Of a stretch of 64,000 nt of DNA, positions 56,321-64,000 are shown piece after piece (position 1 is the first letter of the stretch; each line of letters begins with the position of its first letter). Under the pieces are notes generated by a model. It was not told where the DNA came from, did no database searches, and was given only the letters and a program-made list of their open reading frames with translations. The stretch covers positions 1,407 to 65,406 of IMG/VR virus record IMGVR_UViG_3300013315_000010. One strand, given 5' to 3'. A program made the position numbers and the translations under genes. Source of the stretch: a virus (lineage: Duplodnaviria > Caudoviricetes).

Positions 56321-56512
56321 TTACAGCATAAGTGTGACCTCGGTTGCGAGGTCCCCTGTTTCCTTGACAATCTTTTCCATACGGGCCTTCACCGGCACAC
56401 TCATCTCGGTCCATAGGACATACTTGTCGGGGAATTCAACATCTTTGCCGACCGCAATGGATCGGCCCGGTACAATTTCAACGTGCACTCCATTTTTAGT
56501 AACAAGGACCAT
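56321..56512 (-). CDS. hypothetical protein
   Basis: MVLVTKNG... after AAGGAGG. Confidence 0.55.
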   Translation of the reverse strand: MVLVTKNGVHVEIVPGRSIAVGKDVEFPDKYVLWTEMSVPVKARMEKIVKETGDLATEVTLML

Positions 56513-56525
56513 AGGACCAGCCTCC

Positions 56526-56858
56526 TTAGCGTAGGAGCACCAGCTTCCGCATGAGCTCCTCACCCTTTTTGGTTAGTGATACAGAAAAAATCCGAACATC
56601 ATCCCTGGACCCATCGGTTCGCAGCAACCCCATAATCTCGTGTTTGCCAGTCTCCGGGTTGAACACGGTCTCCTCACGGAGCTTATCAACGCTCCGGCTG
56701 ACCGTGGCCCGGGTGGTTTTGAACCTCTTCTCCAGTTCAGGCATTGTGATGCCGGGTTCAGCCATTACAGCCAGTAGAATGCCGACTTGTAGCAGCGTCA
56801 TGTTGCCAACCTCTGCGGTAAGCAGCCTGACCATGTTTTGCCCACTTTTGATCTCCAT
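56526..56858 (-). CDS. MarR-like winged-HTH regulator
   Basis: MTLLQVGILLAV...PGITMPELEKRFKTTRATVSRSVDKL...DDVRIFSVSLTKKGEEL. Confidence 0.85.
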   Translation of the reverse strand: MEIKSGQNMVRLLTAEVGNMTLLQVGILLAVMAEPGITMPELEKRFKTTRATVSRSVDKLREETVFNPETGKHEIMGLLRTDGSRDDVRIFSVSLTKKGEELMRKLVLLR

Positions 56859-57110
56859 TCACATCCTCCTTTATGGCGAGCGAGAGTGCCCAGCTACAGC
56901 TGGAATATGTATTACATATAACACTTTTTCGCCATAACGCAATAGCAATATTGCGCGGTTATGTGGTACGCCATTTATGGGAGATCGAGATTGGATTAAA
57001 TGTAATACCTTTAAAGCATTATCCTCCTCGCATCAGTGCCTCCCCCTTTACAAAAAAATTCCCATCTGATCTATTACAATTACAAATTTTGCACAATGCT
57101 CAAAAAGTAC

Positions 57111-57677
57111 TTAATACCTGTCCCGGAACTCAAAGAAGCGTAACAGGACCTCCAATCCTGCCCGGGTTGTTCCGTTTGGCAGTTTATGTCGGATGCTGTA
57201 ACGGTGGTTTGATACAGTCCGCTCAGACATCCCTCGGCGTGATGCGATATCCTTTGTGGATAGGCCACAGTGTATGTCAGCAGCAATCAATAACTCGGTT
57301 TTTGTCAGCGTGTTAGGCAATGGTTGCAGACTGCCAGGAGCAGGATGGGACACTGTGGCAACAATGTAATGGTACTTTTTTGTCACCCGTCCGGCCTCTG
57401 CCCTCCATACACCCCACACCCCCCCACGGGATCGTAACAGCATGGTGAGCATCCCGCTGTATCCAGCGGACTTCAGCCGGGCGAGTGCACTCCTATAAAG
57501 GGGCTCGTGTTGTGGAGCCAGTTCTGCGATCAACCGCTCCCCGATAACCGCGCCAAACCGTAGCGCGGTGGGGTTTGCCCATATCACCTTTCGGGTTTCC
57601 GTTCTGACCAACACGATGGCAAAGCCTGAATCCAACAGCCTGGAGTGTAGCCACTTTGGGACAAATCTATTAACCAT
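57111..57677 (-). CDS. PAS domain plus LuxR-type HTH transcription factor
   Basis: PAS pattern AIVLV...KVIWANPTA..FG..VIG; LuxR HTH LTKTE...GLSTKDIA...MSERTVSNHRYSIRHKL. Confidence 0.82.
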   Translation of the reverse strand: MVNRFVPKWLHSRLLDSGFAIVLVRTETRKVIWANPTALRFGAVIGERLIAELAPQHEPLYRSALARLKSAGYSGMLTMLLRSRGGVWGVWRAEAGRVTKKYHYIVATVSHPAPGSLQPLPNTLTKTELLIAADIHCGLSTKDIASRRGMSERTVSNHRYSIRHKLPNGTTRAGLEVLLRFFEFRDRY

Positions 57678-57758
57678 AGCACACCTCCATATGAAAGGGG
57701 TAAGGCCCCACAGGTGAGCCTTACCCCCAAAGGATACTACACAAAACCCCCGTGTAAA

Positions 57759-58655
57759 CTACATGGTCAGCCGAAGCAGCTCCTCCACCCCCCGCTGCAT
57801 CAGCTGATCAGCGGAACCAAAGGTCACGGACTCGAAACGCACCTCGTCCTCATCCCGGCCATCGCGGACCCTGGTGGTGCGCTGGTGGTTGCAGTACTCG
57901 GTCAGGGCGTTGAGTGCGTGATACGCGGTCCCCCGCACCCCAGGAAGATCCACCCCCCGGCCAGTGTGGAGCAGGTTGATGAACTCTGCCTTGACGTTCA
58001 TGGAGCGAGACTTGGACCGGTCGCTGGTTTGCTCCGGCGTGGGCATGACGGTGTCGAACCATTCCATCATCTGGTCATTGGTCATCCGGTGGCGAACGAA
58101 CCGGGCCATCCGGCCATCGAACTGGTTGATCTCCTGGCGCAAGTAGGAGAGCATCTTCATCGCGGTCTCCATCCTCAGCTCCACGTTGGCCGTGTGTTTA
58201 AGGTTGAAAATTCTCTTGGAGCTGGGCAGCTGGTTTGTGCACACCCAGCGGCGGGAAATTGCCCGGCCCATGACACTGTAGGAGCAATCAAACGAGGTCA
58301 TGAGCACGAACGACCGGTTAATGGGATCACCGGGGACATACTCGGTGTCCCCCATGGTGATCCCCACCCCCATGACAGACCCATTCCGCAGATTTAGGAC
58401 CTGATCAATAGTCCCCTTGGTCTCGGCCACCAGCTTGTCCACCATGTCGTAAAATTTTGCTGGCTGCACGGGAGTGTAGCCCTTGCCAACCGTGCCAAGA
58501 TATGCCCCGTTGTCCGACCGGACCACGGCCTGGCGGTCCGGGACGACCTTGCCACTGGCCAGGTACACCGGCACCATTAGTGCATTGAAATTGTGATCAC
58601 CGGCATACATAGCGTCCCCAATTGAATTGGTCTTTACTGCAACAAATTTTTTCAT
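57759..58655 (-). CDS. DUF932-family protein
   Basis: AVVRSDNGAYLGTVGKGYTPVQ, LMTSFDCS, RWVCTNQL, HTANV, GTAYHALNALTEYCNH. Confidence 0.85.
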   Translation of the reverse strand: MKKFVAVKTNSIGDAMYAGDHNFNALMVPVYLASGKVVPDRQAVVRSDNGAYLGTVGKGYTPVQPAKFYDMVDKLVAETKGTIDQVLNLRNGSVMGVGITMGDTEYVPGDPINRSFVLMTSFDCSYSVMGRAISRRWVCTNQLPSSKRIFNLKHTANVELRMETAMKMLSYLRQEINQFDGRMARFVRHRMTNDQMMEWFDTVMPTPEQTSDRSKSRSMNVKAEFINLLHTGRGVDLPGVRGTAYHALNALTEYCNHQRTTRVRDGRDEDEVRFESVTFGSADQLMQRGVEELLRLTM

Positions 58656-58669
58656 GACTTTTTCTCCTT

Positions 58670-59092
58670 TTAGATGTTGGATAAAACCCGATTAACAACT
58701 TCCCTTTTTGTAATCTTTAAAGCGGCCCTCATAACACCCAGATGATACTGATATAGGCCATATGCCTTAGTGGACTGGGAATGAGTCATCAAGACGACCA
58801 CCCTTTTAGTCCCCTTAGTCCGGCCCAGCAGCATATGAGTGTGACCGAACATCACCCGAGAAACCACCCGTTGCAGCACTCTAAACTCATCCAAGGTTTT
58901 AAAGTAGAACGCGAACCTCTCCACAGGTTCAGTGGCTGCTTTAGGTGCCCCAATTACCTGGTCCAGGGTGACCTTGTTTGCTACCAGAAGACGATCCAAG
59001 GCAGCCTTGGCTGCCTCTCTTTCCCCCTCGGTTGCCCCCCGGGTTGTGAGTGTGTGAACGGCCCGGATTTTATTGGCCAGTTGTGGCGACAT
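58670..59092 (-). CDS. DUF2786-like protein
   Basis: KIRAVHTLTTRGATEGEREAAKAALDRLL. Confidence 0.7.
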   Translation of the reverse strand: MSPQLANKIRAVHTLTTRGATEGEREAAKAALDRLLVANKVTLDQVIGAPKAATEPVERFAFYFKTLDEFRVLQRVVSRVMFGHTHMLLGRTKGTKRVVVLMTHSQSTKAYGLYQYHLGVMRAALKITKREVVNRVLSNI

Positions 59093-59195
59093 TTTTTACC
59101 TCCTCTCTCTTTGATTATTTGAGTTATTGATCCGTGCGACCACCAGTGAGAGTGTCGTTTTCCCCTCCAACTGGTGGCCGGGCTGACCAAGAACT

Positions 59196-59762
59196 CTATG
59201 AAAGCAATTCGGCCAGAGCATTACTAAGTTTGTGAGCATGCTCAAAACCCATAAAGGTTTTACCCACGGCGAGGGACTTGACCTCGCCACGATGCAGTGC
59301 GGTGATGTGGATGTAATGCCCCTCACTGCCACCGGTTACCGCAAAACAGGCAACCCGCCAGGCATCAATCGGCCACGGGTCCCCTGGATTGTCCCATGAA
59401 AAGTAGTCATACTCCGTGAGATCAATCCCCTTTTTTTGCAGTTCGGCCTGTATCCAGGCTGCAACCTGGCTGATCTTCTTCGGCTGGGTATGAACGATAT
59501 ACCCGCCGAAGGTCACCTCAAAGGTTGAGAATTGATCCTCATCCCCATTCCGGACCACCCGGTCGAACTCCCGAAATATCTGGTTGTTCTGGTACTCCAA
59601 GCGAAACGGGCCGATGCCCTCATTCCGGAACATCTTCGCTACCTTGTACTTCGGGTAGCCCCCATCAAACAGTGGAGAATGGTTGTAAACAAGGTTGACC
59701 AGCTCCCAGTGCTTATCAGACACGGGGCAGTCAACCAGCTTTTCGAACTCGTGCTTCATCAT
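59196..59762 (-). CDS. early hypothetical protein
   Basis: 188-aa ORF with RBS. Confidence 0.65.
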   Translation of the reverse strand: MMKHEFEKLVDCPVSDKHWELVNLVYNHSPLFDGGYPKYKVAKMFRNEGIGPFRLEYQNNQIFREFDRVVRNGDEDQFSTFEVTFGGYIVHTQPKKISQVAAWIQAELQKKGIDLTEYDYFSWDNPGDPWPIDAWRVACFAVTGGSEGHYIHITALHRGEVKSLAVGKTFMGFEHAHKLSNALAELLS

Positions 59763-59980
59763 AGGTCCCCCCCTTTACCAAATACTTCTTTCTCCGGTAT
59801 GCCGTTGGTATCAACAGCCTGGTCCTGGATGCAATCCAGCACTCCAATGATGCCGTTGATAGCATCGATATCACGAGATGAAAGCTTATCTTCCCGTGAT
59901 GACAAATTGAGCAGTGTGGTCTTCTGCTGCCTTAACAGCGGCAGGTCTAACAGCAACGAACACTTGACGATCCGTCCCAT
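59759..59980 (-). CDS. early hypothetical protein
   Basis: MGRIVKCS... after GGAGG. Confidence 0.55.
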   Translation of the reverse strand: MGRIVKCSLLLDLPLLRQQKTTLLNLSSREDKLSSRDIDAINGIIGVLDCIQDQAVDTNGIPEKEVFGKGGDL

Positions 59981-59981
59981 G

Positions 59982-60158
59982 CTACACCTCCACGTCATAA
60001 TAGGTTGTCATGGTGCACTTGAAGCACCACTTCTGCCACGCCCCGTTGCCATCGAAAAACCCCGATGGGGATGCGTTGTGATCTTTGCCAAGCAGGTCCC
60101 CGCAGTTGAAGCAGAACACGGAATCGTGATCCTTTGCCACTGGAAAGTCTTTAATCAT
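59982..60158 (-). CDS. early Zn-ribbon protein
   Basis: CFNC...CFKC; RBS GGAGG. Confidence 0.55.
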   Translation of the reverse strand: MIKDFPVAKDHDSVFCFNCGDLLGKDHNASPSGFFDGNGAWQKWCFKCTMTTYYDVEV

Positions 60159-60252
60159 TTTGAACCCCCTCCATTTTAAGGATGCTGCCATCATCAGACC
60201 CTTGGAGCATACCCAAGGATGACCACGGGAGTGGATGCCCCCGTGGTTTCGG

Positions 60253-60525
60253 CTATCGTGTGAACCGGTCCATCCGGCGAATCCGGCTCAACCCATCAGT
60301 ATGGGACTCGATCACGTCAATATGCCACCCCGCCGCTTTTGCTGCTGCCAGGTAGCGAGGGGCATCACAGTCCTCTTCCAGGTACACGCGGGACCCGCGC
60401 TGGTAGGAAAACCCGGAGATTTTATCCGTGATCCCCAGGTCCTCCAGATCGTATTGATTGATCCTGAGCCACCCATGACCCGGGTCTGAGAAAAACATAA
60501 GTTTGCGCTTGATTTTTTCTTTCAT
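60253..60525 (-). CDS. early conserved hypothetical protein
   Basis: FFSDPGHGWL...ISGFSYQRG..VYLEEDCDA. Confidence 0.7.
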   Translation of the reverse strand: MKEKIKRKLMFFSDPGHGWLRINQYDLEDLGITDKISGFSYQRGSRVYLEEDCDAPRYLAAAKAAGWHIDVIESHTDGLSRIRRMDRFTR

Positions 60526-60664
60526 TTTGTTGGCCCTCCTAATCCTGCCGGTGTCCAAAAGCGATAGCTGCCCTGCAACCAAATATAGATTGCATCCCCT
60601 GATCGCCATGCTGGAAAAGTGGTATGGTAGGTGATCCGGCCATCCCGGATGCGCTTATATGCTT

Positions 60665-61078
60665 TTATGCTTCCCCCTTCCAGCCTTCGCTGGTCTTGGT
60701 GAATTTAAACCAATCGGAACGTGGCCCGGTTATGCCAAACAACTGGGCCATGACGGAGGTGTCATCAATGTTGGCCGTGTGGATCTCAACGGCCTGGTTG
60801 GACATTAGGGCGTTGCCGATGCACCTCGGGCATGACTCACGGGCCATGTCCTGGATCACGGGATCGCTTGTCCCGTGCAAAGTCATATCCTCGGTGAGTC
60901 CGGCGCGGCTCCCCTTGCCGGATGCCCAGAATTCGGCCATCCCAGCGAGCCAAAGGCTGCGGTTGGCCCAAAACACTGGGCGGCCGCGCATCCCACGTTG
61001 CAGAAAATCCACCACCATGGGAACAGGATCAAAAAAGCATTTCGGAGCAGCATCAAAAAATTGAGTTTGCTTTTGCAT
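60665..61078 (-). CDS. early hypothetical protein
   Basis: MQKQTQ start after GGAGAGG. Confidence 0.6.
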   Translation of the reverse strand: MQKQTQFFDAAPKCFFDPVPMVVDFLQRGMRGRPVFWANRSLWLAGMAEFWASGKGSRAGLTEDMTLHGTSDPVIQDMARESCPRCIGNALMSNQAVEIHTANIDDTSVMAQLFGITGPRSDWFKFTKTSEGWKGEA

Positions 61079-61082
61079 ATGG

Positions 61083-61373
61083 TTACCTCTCCAGTGTAAT
61101 GATATGGGGCATGGGAATCCATGCCTGGTTGATAATGTGGATCGTGCGGACCCCCTGCGGGAGCGAGTCTGCGAAGATCGCCATGGCTTCCTCTGCCCTC
61201 TCACAGTCCATGTCCGTGCCGGTGAGAAGATCACCGGCCAGCCGCACATAGGCTGCCCCAGTAGCATCATCAATTGATACCAGGGCAACAGGGGGTTGAT
61301 GAAGTACTTCTGCCAGGATGAGAGTAATGCCCAGTAGGGACAACATCAGGATGGTGGATTTATTTATAGTCAT
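61083..61373 (-). CDS. early protein with N-terminal hydrophobic segment
   Basis: MTINKSTILMLSLLGITLILA. Confidence 0.55.
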   Translation of the reverse strand: MTINKSTILMLSLLGITLILAEVLHQPPVALVSIDDATGAAYVRLAGDLLTGTDMDCERAEEAMAIFADSLPQGVRTIHIINQAWIPMPHIITLER

Positions 61374-61563
61374 TCCACCCCTCTCTTTCACGGCGGTCAA
61401 TTTCATTTCGCAAAATGATTTTAACTGCGGAAAGACCAAAGCCTTTGTAAGCCTTGGAGAAAAATGGCCACTGGAGCAGCGCTCCAAGATGATCGGCCAT
61501 GGTGCTAAGCTCTTGGTCAGTCATACGCTCCATTTCTCTGTCCCAGTCTGCTAATGTTGTCAT
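61360..61563 (-). CDS. early hypothetical protein
   Basis: 67-aa coupled ORF. Confidence 0.55.
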   Translation of the reverse strand: MTTLADWDREMERMTDQELSTMADHLGALLQWPFFSKAYKGFGLSAVKIILRNEIDRREREGWNDYK

Positions 61564-61793
61564 GATTTCCCCCCTTTTTTGCGTAGGATTACTTTTTTCG
61601 GCTTTGGCTGATTAATCCCCAACCGTGCGAACATTGCTTTGCACTTTTTGCGTGTTTGCTTGTCAATTTTGCGATAGTGGGCGGCGAACTTTTCATGTTG
61701 GTGCGGCTTTCCTTTTCCCCGCCGCAAACGCTTGATCCAGACTACTCCAGTCTGGCAATTCTTGCCAAGTGTCTTATACATAGGTCCCCCCAT
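61560..61793 (-). CDS. early basic hypothetical protein
   Basis: 77 aa, K/R-rich. Confidence 0.5.
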   Translation of the reverse strand: MGGPMYKTLGKNCQTGVVWIKRLRRGKGKPHQHEKFAAHYRKIDKQTRKKCKAMFARLGINQPKPKKVILRKKGGKS

Positions 61794-61965
61794 TCATTTG
61801 GCTGCCATCATCAGATTACGGGCACCACCCCGTGATGACCGGGCCAATGGTGGCCCGGTTTCGGCTTTACTTTTTAGTTGTTGCAGCCTCGATCCGCTTC
61901 AAAGTGGCGGCCAGGGCCACTTTGCGCTGCTTTGCAAATACTTTTTTAGGGCTCATAGTGTGCTC

Positions 61966-62190
61966 CTATTTTTTTATGGTTAGCATCAATGATGATGCGG
62001 ATAATAAATGCAGTGAGAAGTCATTGGCGTAGACCTCAACGGGGACATACTCTTGCCACCGACCATTTACTTTTGCCGATTTAACGCGGGAAAAATCGGG
62101 GGCTTTTGCTACCATCATTGCCTGATTTTTTGGAGTAATTACCCGGCTGCCAGGTCTTAACTGCAAGGCTTCAACTAATTTCATGTCCAT
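61966..62190 (-). CDS. early hypothetical protein
   Basis: RBS AGGAG. Confidence 0.6.
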   Translation of the reverse strand: MDMKLVEALQLRPGSRVITPKNQAMMVAKAPDFSRVKSAKVNGRWQEYVPVEVYANDFSLHLLSASSLMLTIKK

Positions 62191-62255
62191 TGCTCCTATG
62201 TAATGGTGAGTTTAAAAAAAAGCCCCACATGAGAGTGAGGCCCTTTTAGGGTTAG

Positions 62256-62492
62256 TTAGTAATCAATTTCTTCTGGCATAATAGTAATCATCCTGCCGGT
62301 CTCAATATTAACGTAGGTGTCCGGGATGTACTCTGGCCCTGCCGGTACATAGGCCACTGCCCATCGGTCCCCACCTGAGCGCTCACGCACCAAACGCCGA
62401 TTGATCGCGGCCAAAGTGGGCTTGCCCGTGTGCCGCTCATATATGCCATAGTACCCCTCACCACTGTAGATGATCGCTCCCCTGTAGTCCAT
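62256..62492 (-). CDS. first early gene, hypothetical
   Basis: Strong RBS AGGAGG; followed by a terminator at ~62215-62248. Confidence 0.7.
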   Translation of the reverse strand: MDYRGAIIYSGEGYYGIYERHTGKPTLAAINRRLVRERSGGDRWAVAYVPAGPEYIPDTYVNIETGRMITIMPEEIDY

Positions 62493-62520
62493 GTTTCAAT
62501 CCTCCTATGTTGTTGTTGTG

Positions 62521-62980
62521 GGTTCGTTAAGGCTCTCCGTGGTTTCGGAGAGCTTTAACCAGCCCACAACGTGGGCTTGGTCGCGGATTTCGCCGTTGTG
62601 CCTCACCGTAGTCTCACCATTAGGTGCACGGGATCGCAGGGGACTGACCCCCACGGGCAAGTTTACTCGCTGGCAGGGCATCGTATATGATGGGGTGACC
62701 GCTTCACGCGGCATTCGCCCGGCGAGGTGCCGGGTTACTCTCTCCCATTTGCAAATGATGCCCACCTGCACAACAACCGCAGCACTACCCACCCCATGAT
62801 GATGGCTCTCGGGGCTCTCGTGCCGGATTATCCGCTCGTATTCACGCCCAGCGTGAGAGTCACTCCAGCTGGGTTATCTCGCCGCCACACCGTGTTGGTG
62901 CGGGACTTGGTCACGTGCCTGGGACCTGTATTTTGGGTTTTTCGTCTGCGGCTCTCGCCACCACCGGGTTGGCCGGTGGA
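62521..62980 (-). ncRNA. candidate large structured leader RNA/ncRNA upstream of the early operon
   Basis: At least 10 hairpins and a multi-branch domain closed by GGGCATC/GATGCCC (62676-82/62757-63); four GAGAGCC copies. Confidence 0.55.
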
Positions 62981-63576
62981 TTTATTTTTTGCTCCTTTCG
63001 TTTTTTGATGGGTGTGTTCGCATGCCATATCCCATATCACATACCGTGCCAGTATTACAATGACACAATGCAAAACAGGGCCAAACTCCCGGAAAAACAC
63101 TAAATAAAAATGTTTCTATGTGGTAATTGTGCCAAGGTGCAATGAAGGGAAACAAGAAGTGGTAATTCCGATAATGGTGGGTTGTTATGGGCAAAGACGG
63201 ATGAAACCCAGCAAACATCGTTTTGGACTTAAAATCGGAACATCCAGTTCCGATATGAACAAAAGGTTCCGGATTGCCCTGATCCTTTAAATGGGCGTGA
63301 TTGACGATTTATGCGCCAAAGCTCGTTGGATCATGGTTTGGTGCCCTGGGAGTGTTGCCCGTCAAGTAGGACAATATGGCAATTGTCCTACCAATGATCC
63401 TGGCTGGTTGCTGGGAGTGTGTATTTTTTACCCATATGAGGGTAAACTATTAAATCTTTTAATACCTGTGTCACCATTTGTGCACACCTCTCCCCTTCGC
63501 TGCCAGGTGCAGCTCGGATGATCAGGCTCCAGGATCGGATGATCATCGGATGATTCGGTCAGCATCCTGGTGCCGG

Positions 63577-63597
63577 GACTATCAATGGACTAACAAT
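63577..63597 (+). repeat. third pair of attP arm-like repeats
   Basis: GACTATCAAT-G-GACTAACAAT, with the same 11-bp period as the pairs at 34491 and 34736. Confidence 0.55.
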
Positions 63598-64000
63598 GCC
63601 GCAGTTCAATGCTGCATTATCCAATGATCATGCGCCTTTGTCTGTGCCTGATGCTGCATCCCATGATCACGAGTGATGCCCCACTGCCGGGCCGAAGGCC
63701 GGGTTAAGATGATCGCGTTCCGTCTTACGCGCCACCCAACACGCACCCATGGGGGGGCACCCCACCACCCCCCACCGTGGACCCGACACTCCACCCAGGT
63801 ACCCATATATTCAAGTGCACACACAAATTTTGATATAAAATTGTGTCAGGATGTCACCTGTTCTTGAGAAGTGGCAGCATCTCGTCTGATCACACCCGGA
63901 CCTCCGGCTTGGGTGCCGGGGCCGGGTAAGATCTTATTGGCCCGGGCCACACTCGCTCCCGGAATACCGGGATCATCGTGTGTGCCAAGATCTTTAATAT

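Noticed and set aside
62590-62620. GAGACTAC and AATCCGC resembling group I intron R and Q elements
   Set aside because: They are in the wrong order, no S element (AAGAUAUAGUC) is present, and no interrupted gene flanks them.
1-64000. CRISPR array, diversity-generating retroelement or retron
   Set aside because: No regularly spaced repeat-spacer array, no reverse transcriptase and no TR/VR adenine-variant repeat pair were found.

Overview
The window is nearly the whole genome of a ~64+ kb tailed dsDNA phage with podovirus-like morphogenesis genes, probably temperate. There is no host flank, CRISPR array, reverse transcriptase or phage RNA polymerase. The + strand (1-34.5 kb) carries a 5'-truncated TROVE/Ro60-vWA gene, a small-RNA/tRNA cluster, a head-fibre/adhesin module, terminase, portal, scaffold, an N4-gp56-type major capsid protein, tail genes, ejection proteins including a 2784-aa polyvalent effector, and holins. 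An attP-like region and a tyrosine integrase follow. The - strand (36-62.5 kb) carries early and regulatory genes (PAS-LuxR, MarR-like, KilA-N), a T7-like replisome without RNAP (primase, helicase, PolA, endonuclease I, exonuclease), nucleotide metabolism (class II RNR, dUTPase, dNMP kinase, ThyX-like) and RNA repair (RtcB, Rnl2-like ligase, RlaP-like nucleotidyltransferase). The B12-dependent RNR suggests an anaerobic host, and the secreted FN3 protein resembles those of Desulfobacterota (inference). The most interesting signals are: (1) a multi-component RNA-repair kit with TROVE protein, a Y-RNA-sized structured RNA and an atypical tRNA-Tyr; (2) a phage PAS-LuxR (VqmA-like architecture) sensor; (3) a ~460-nt highly structured untranslated leader of the early operon; (4) a 16-bp palindromic operator shared by the integrase and replication promoters; (5) a third copy of the attP arm-type repeat pair 29 kb away. 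All family assignments come from motif recognition by eye; no searches or folding programs were run.
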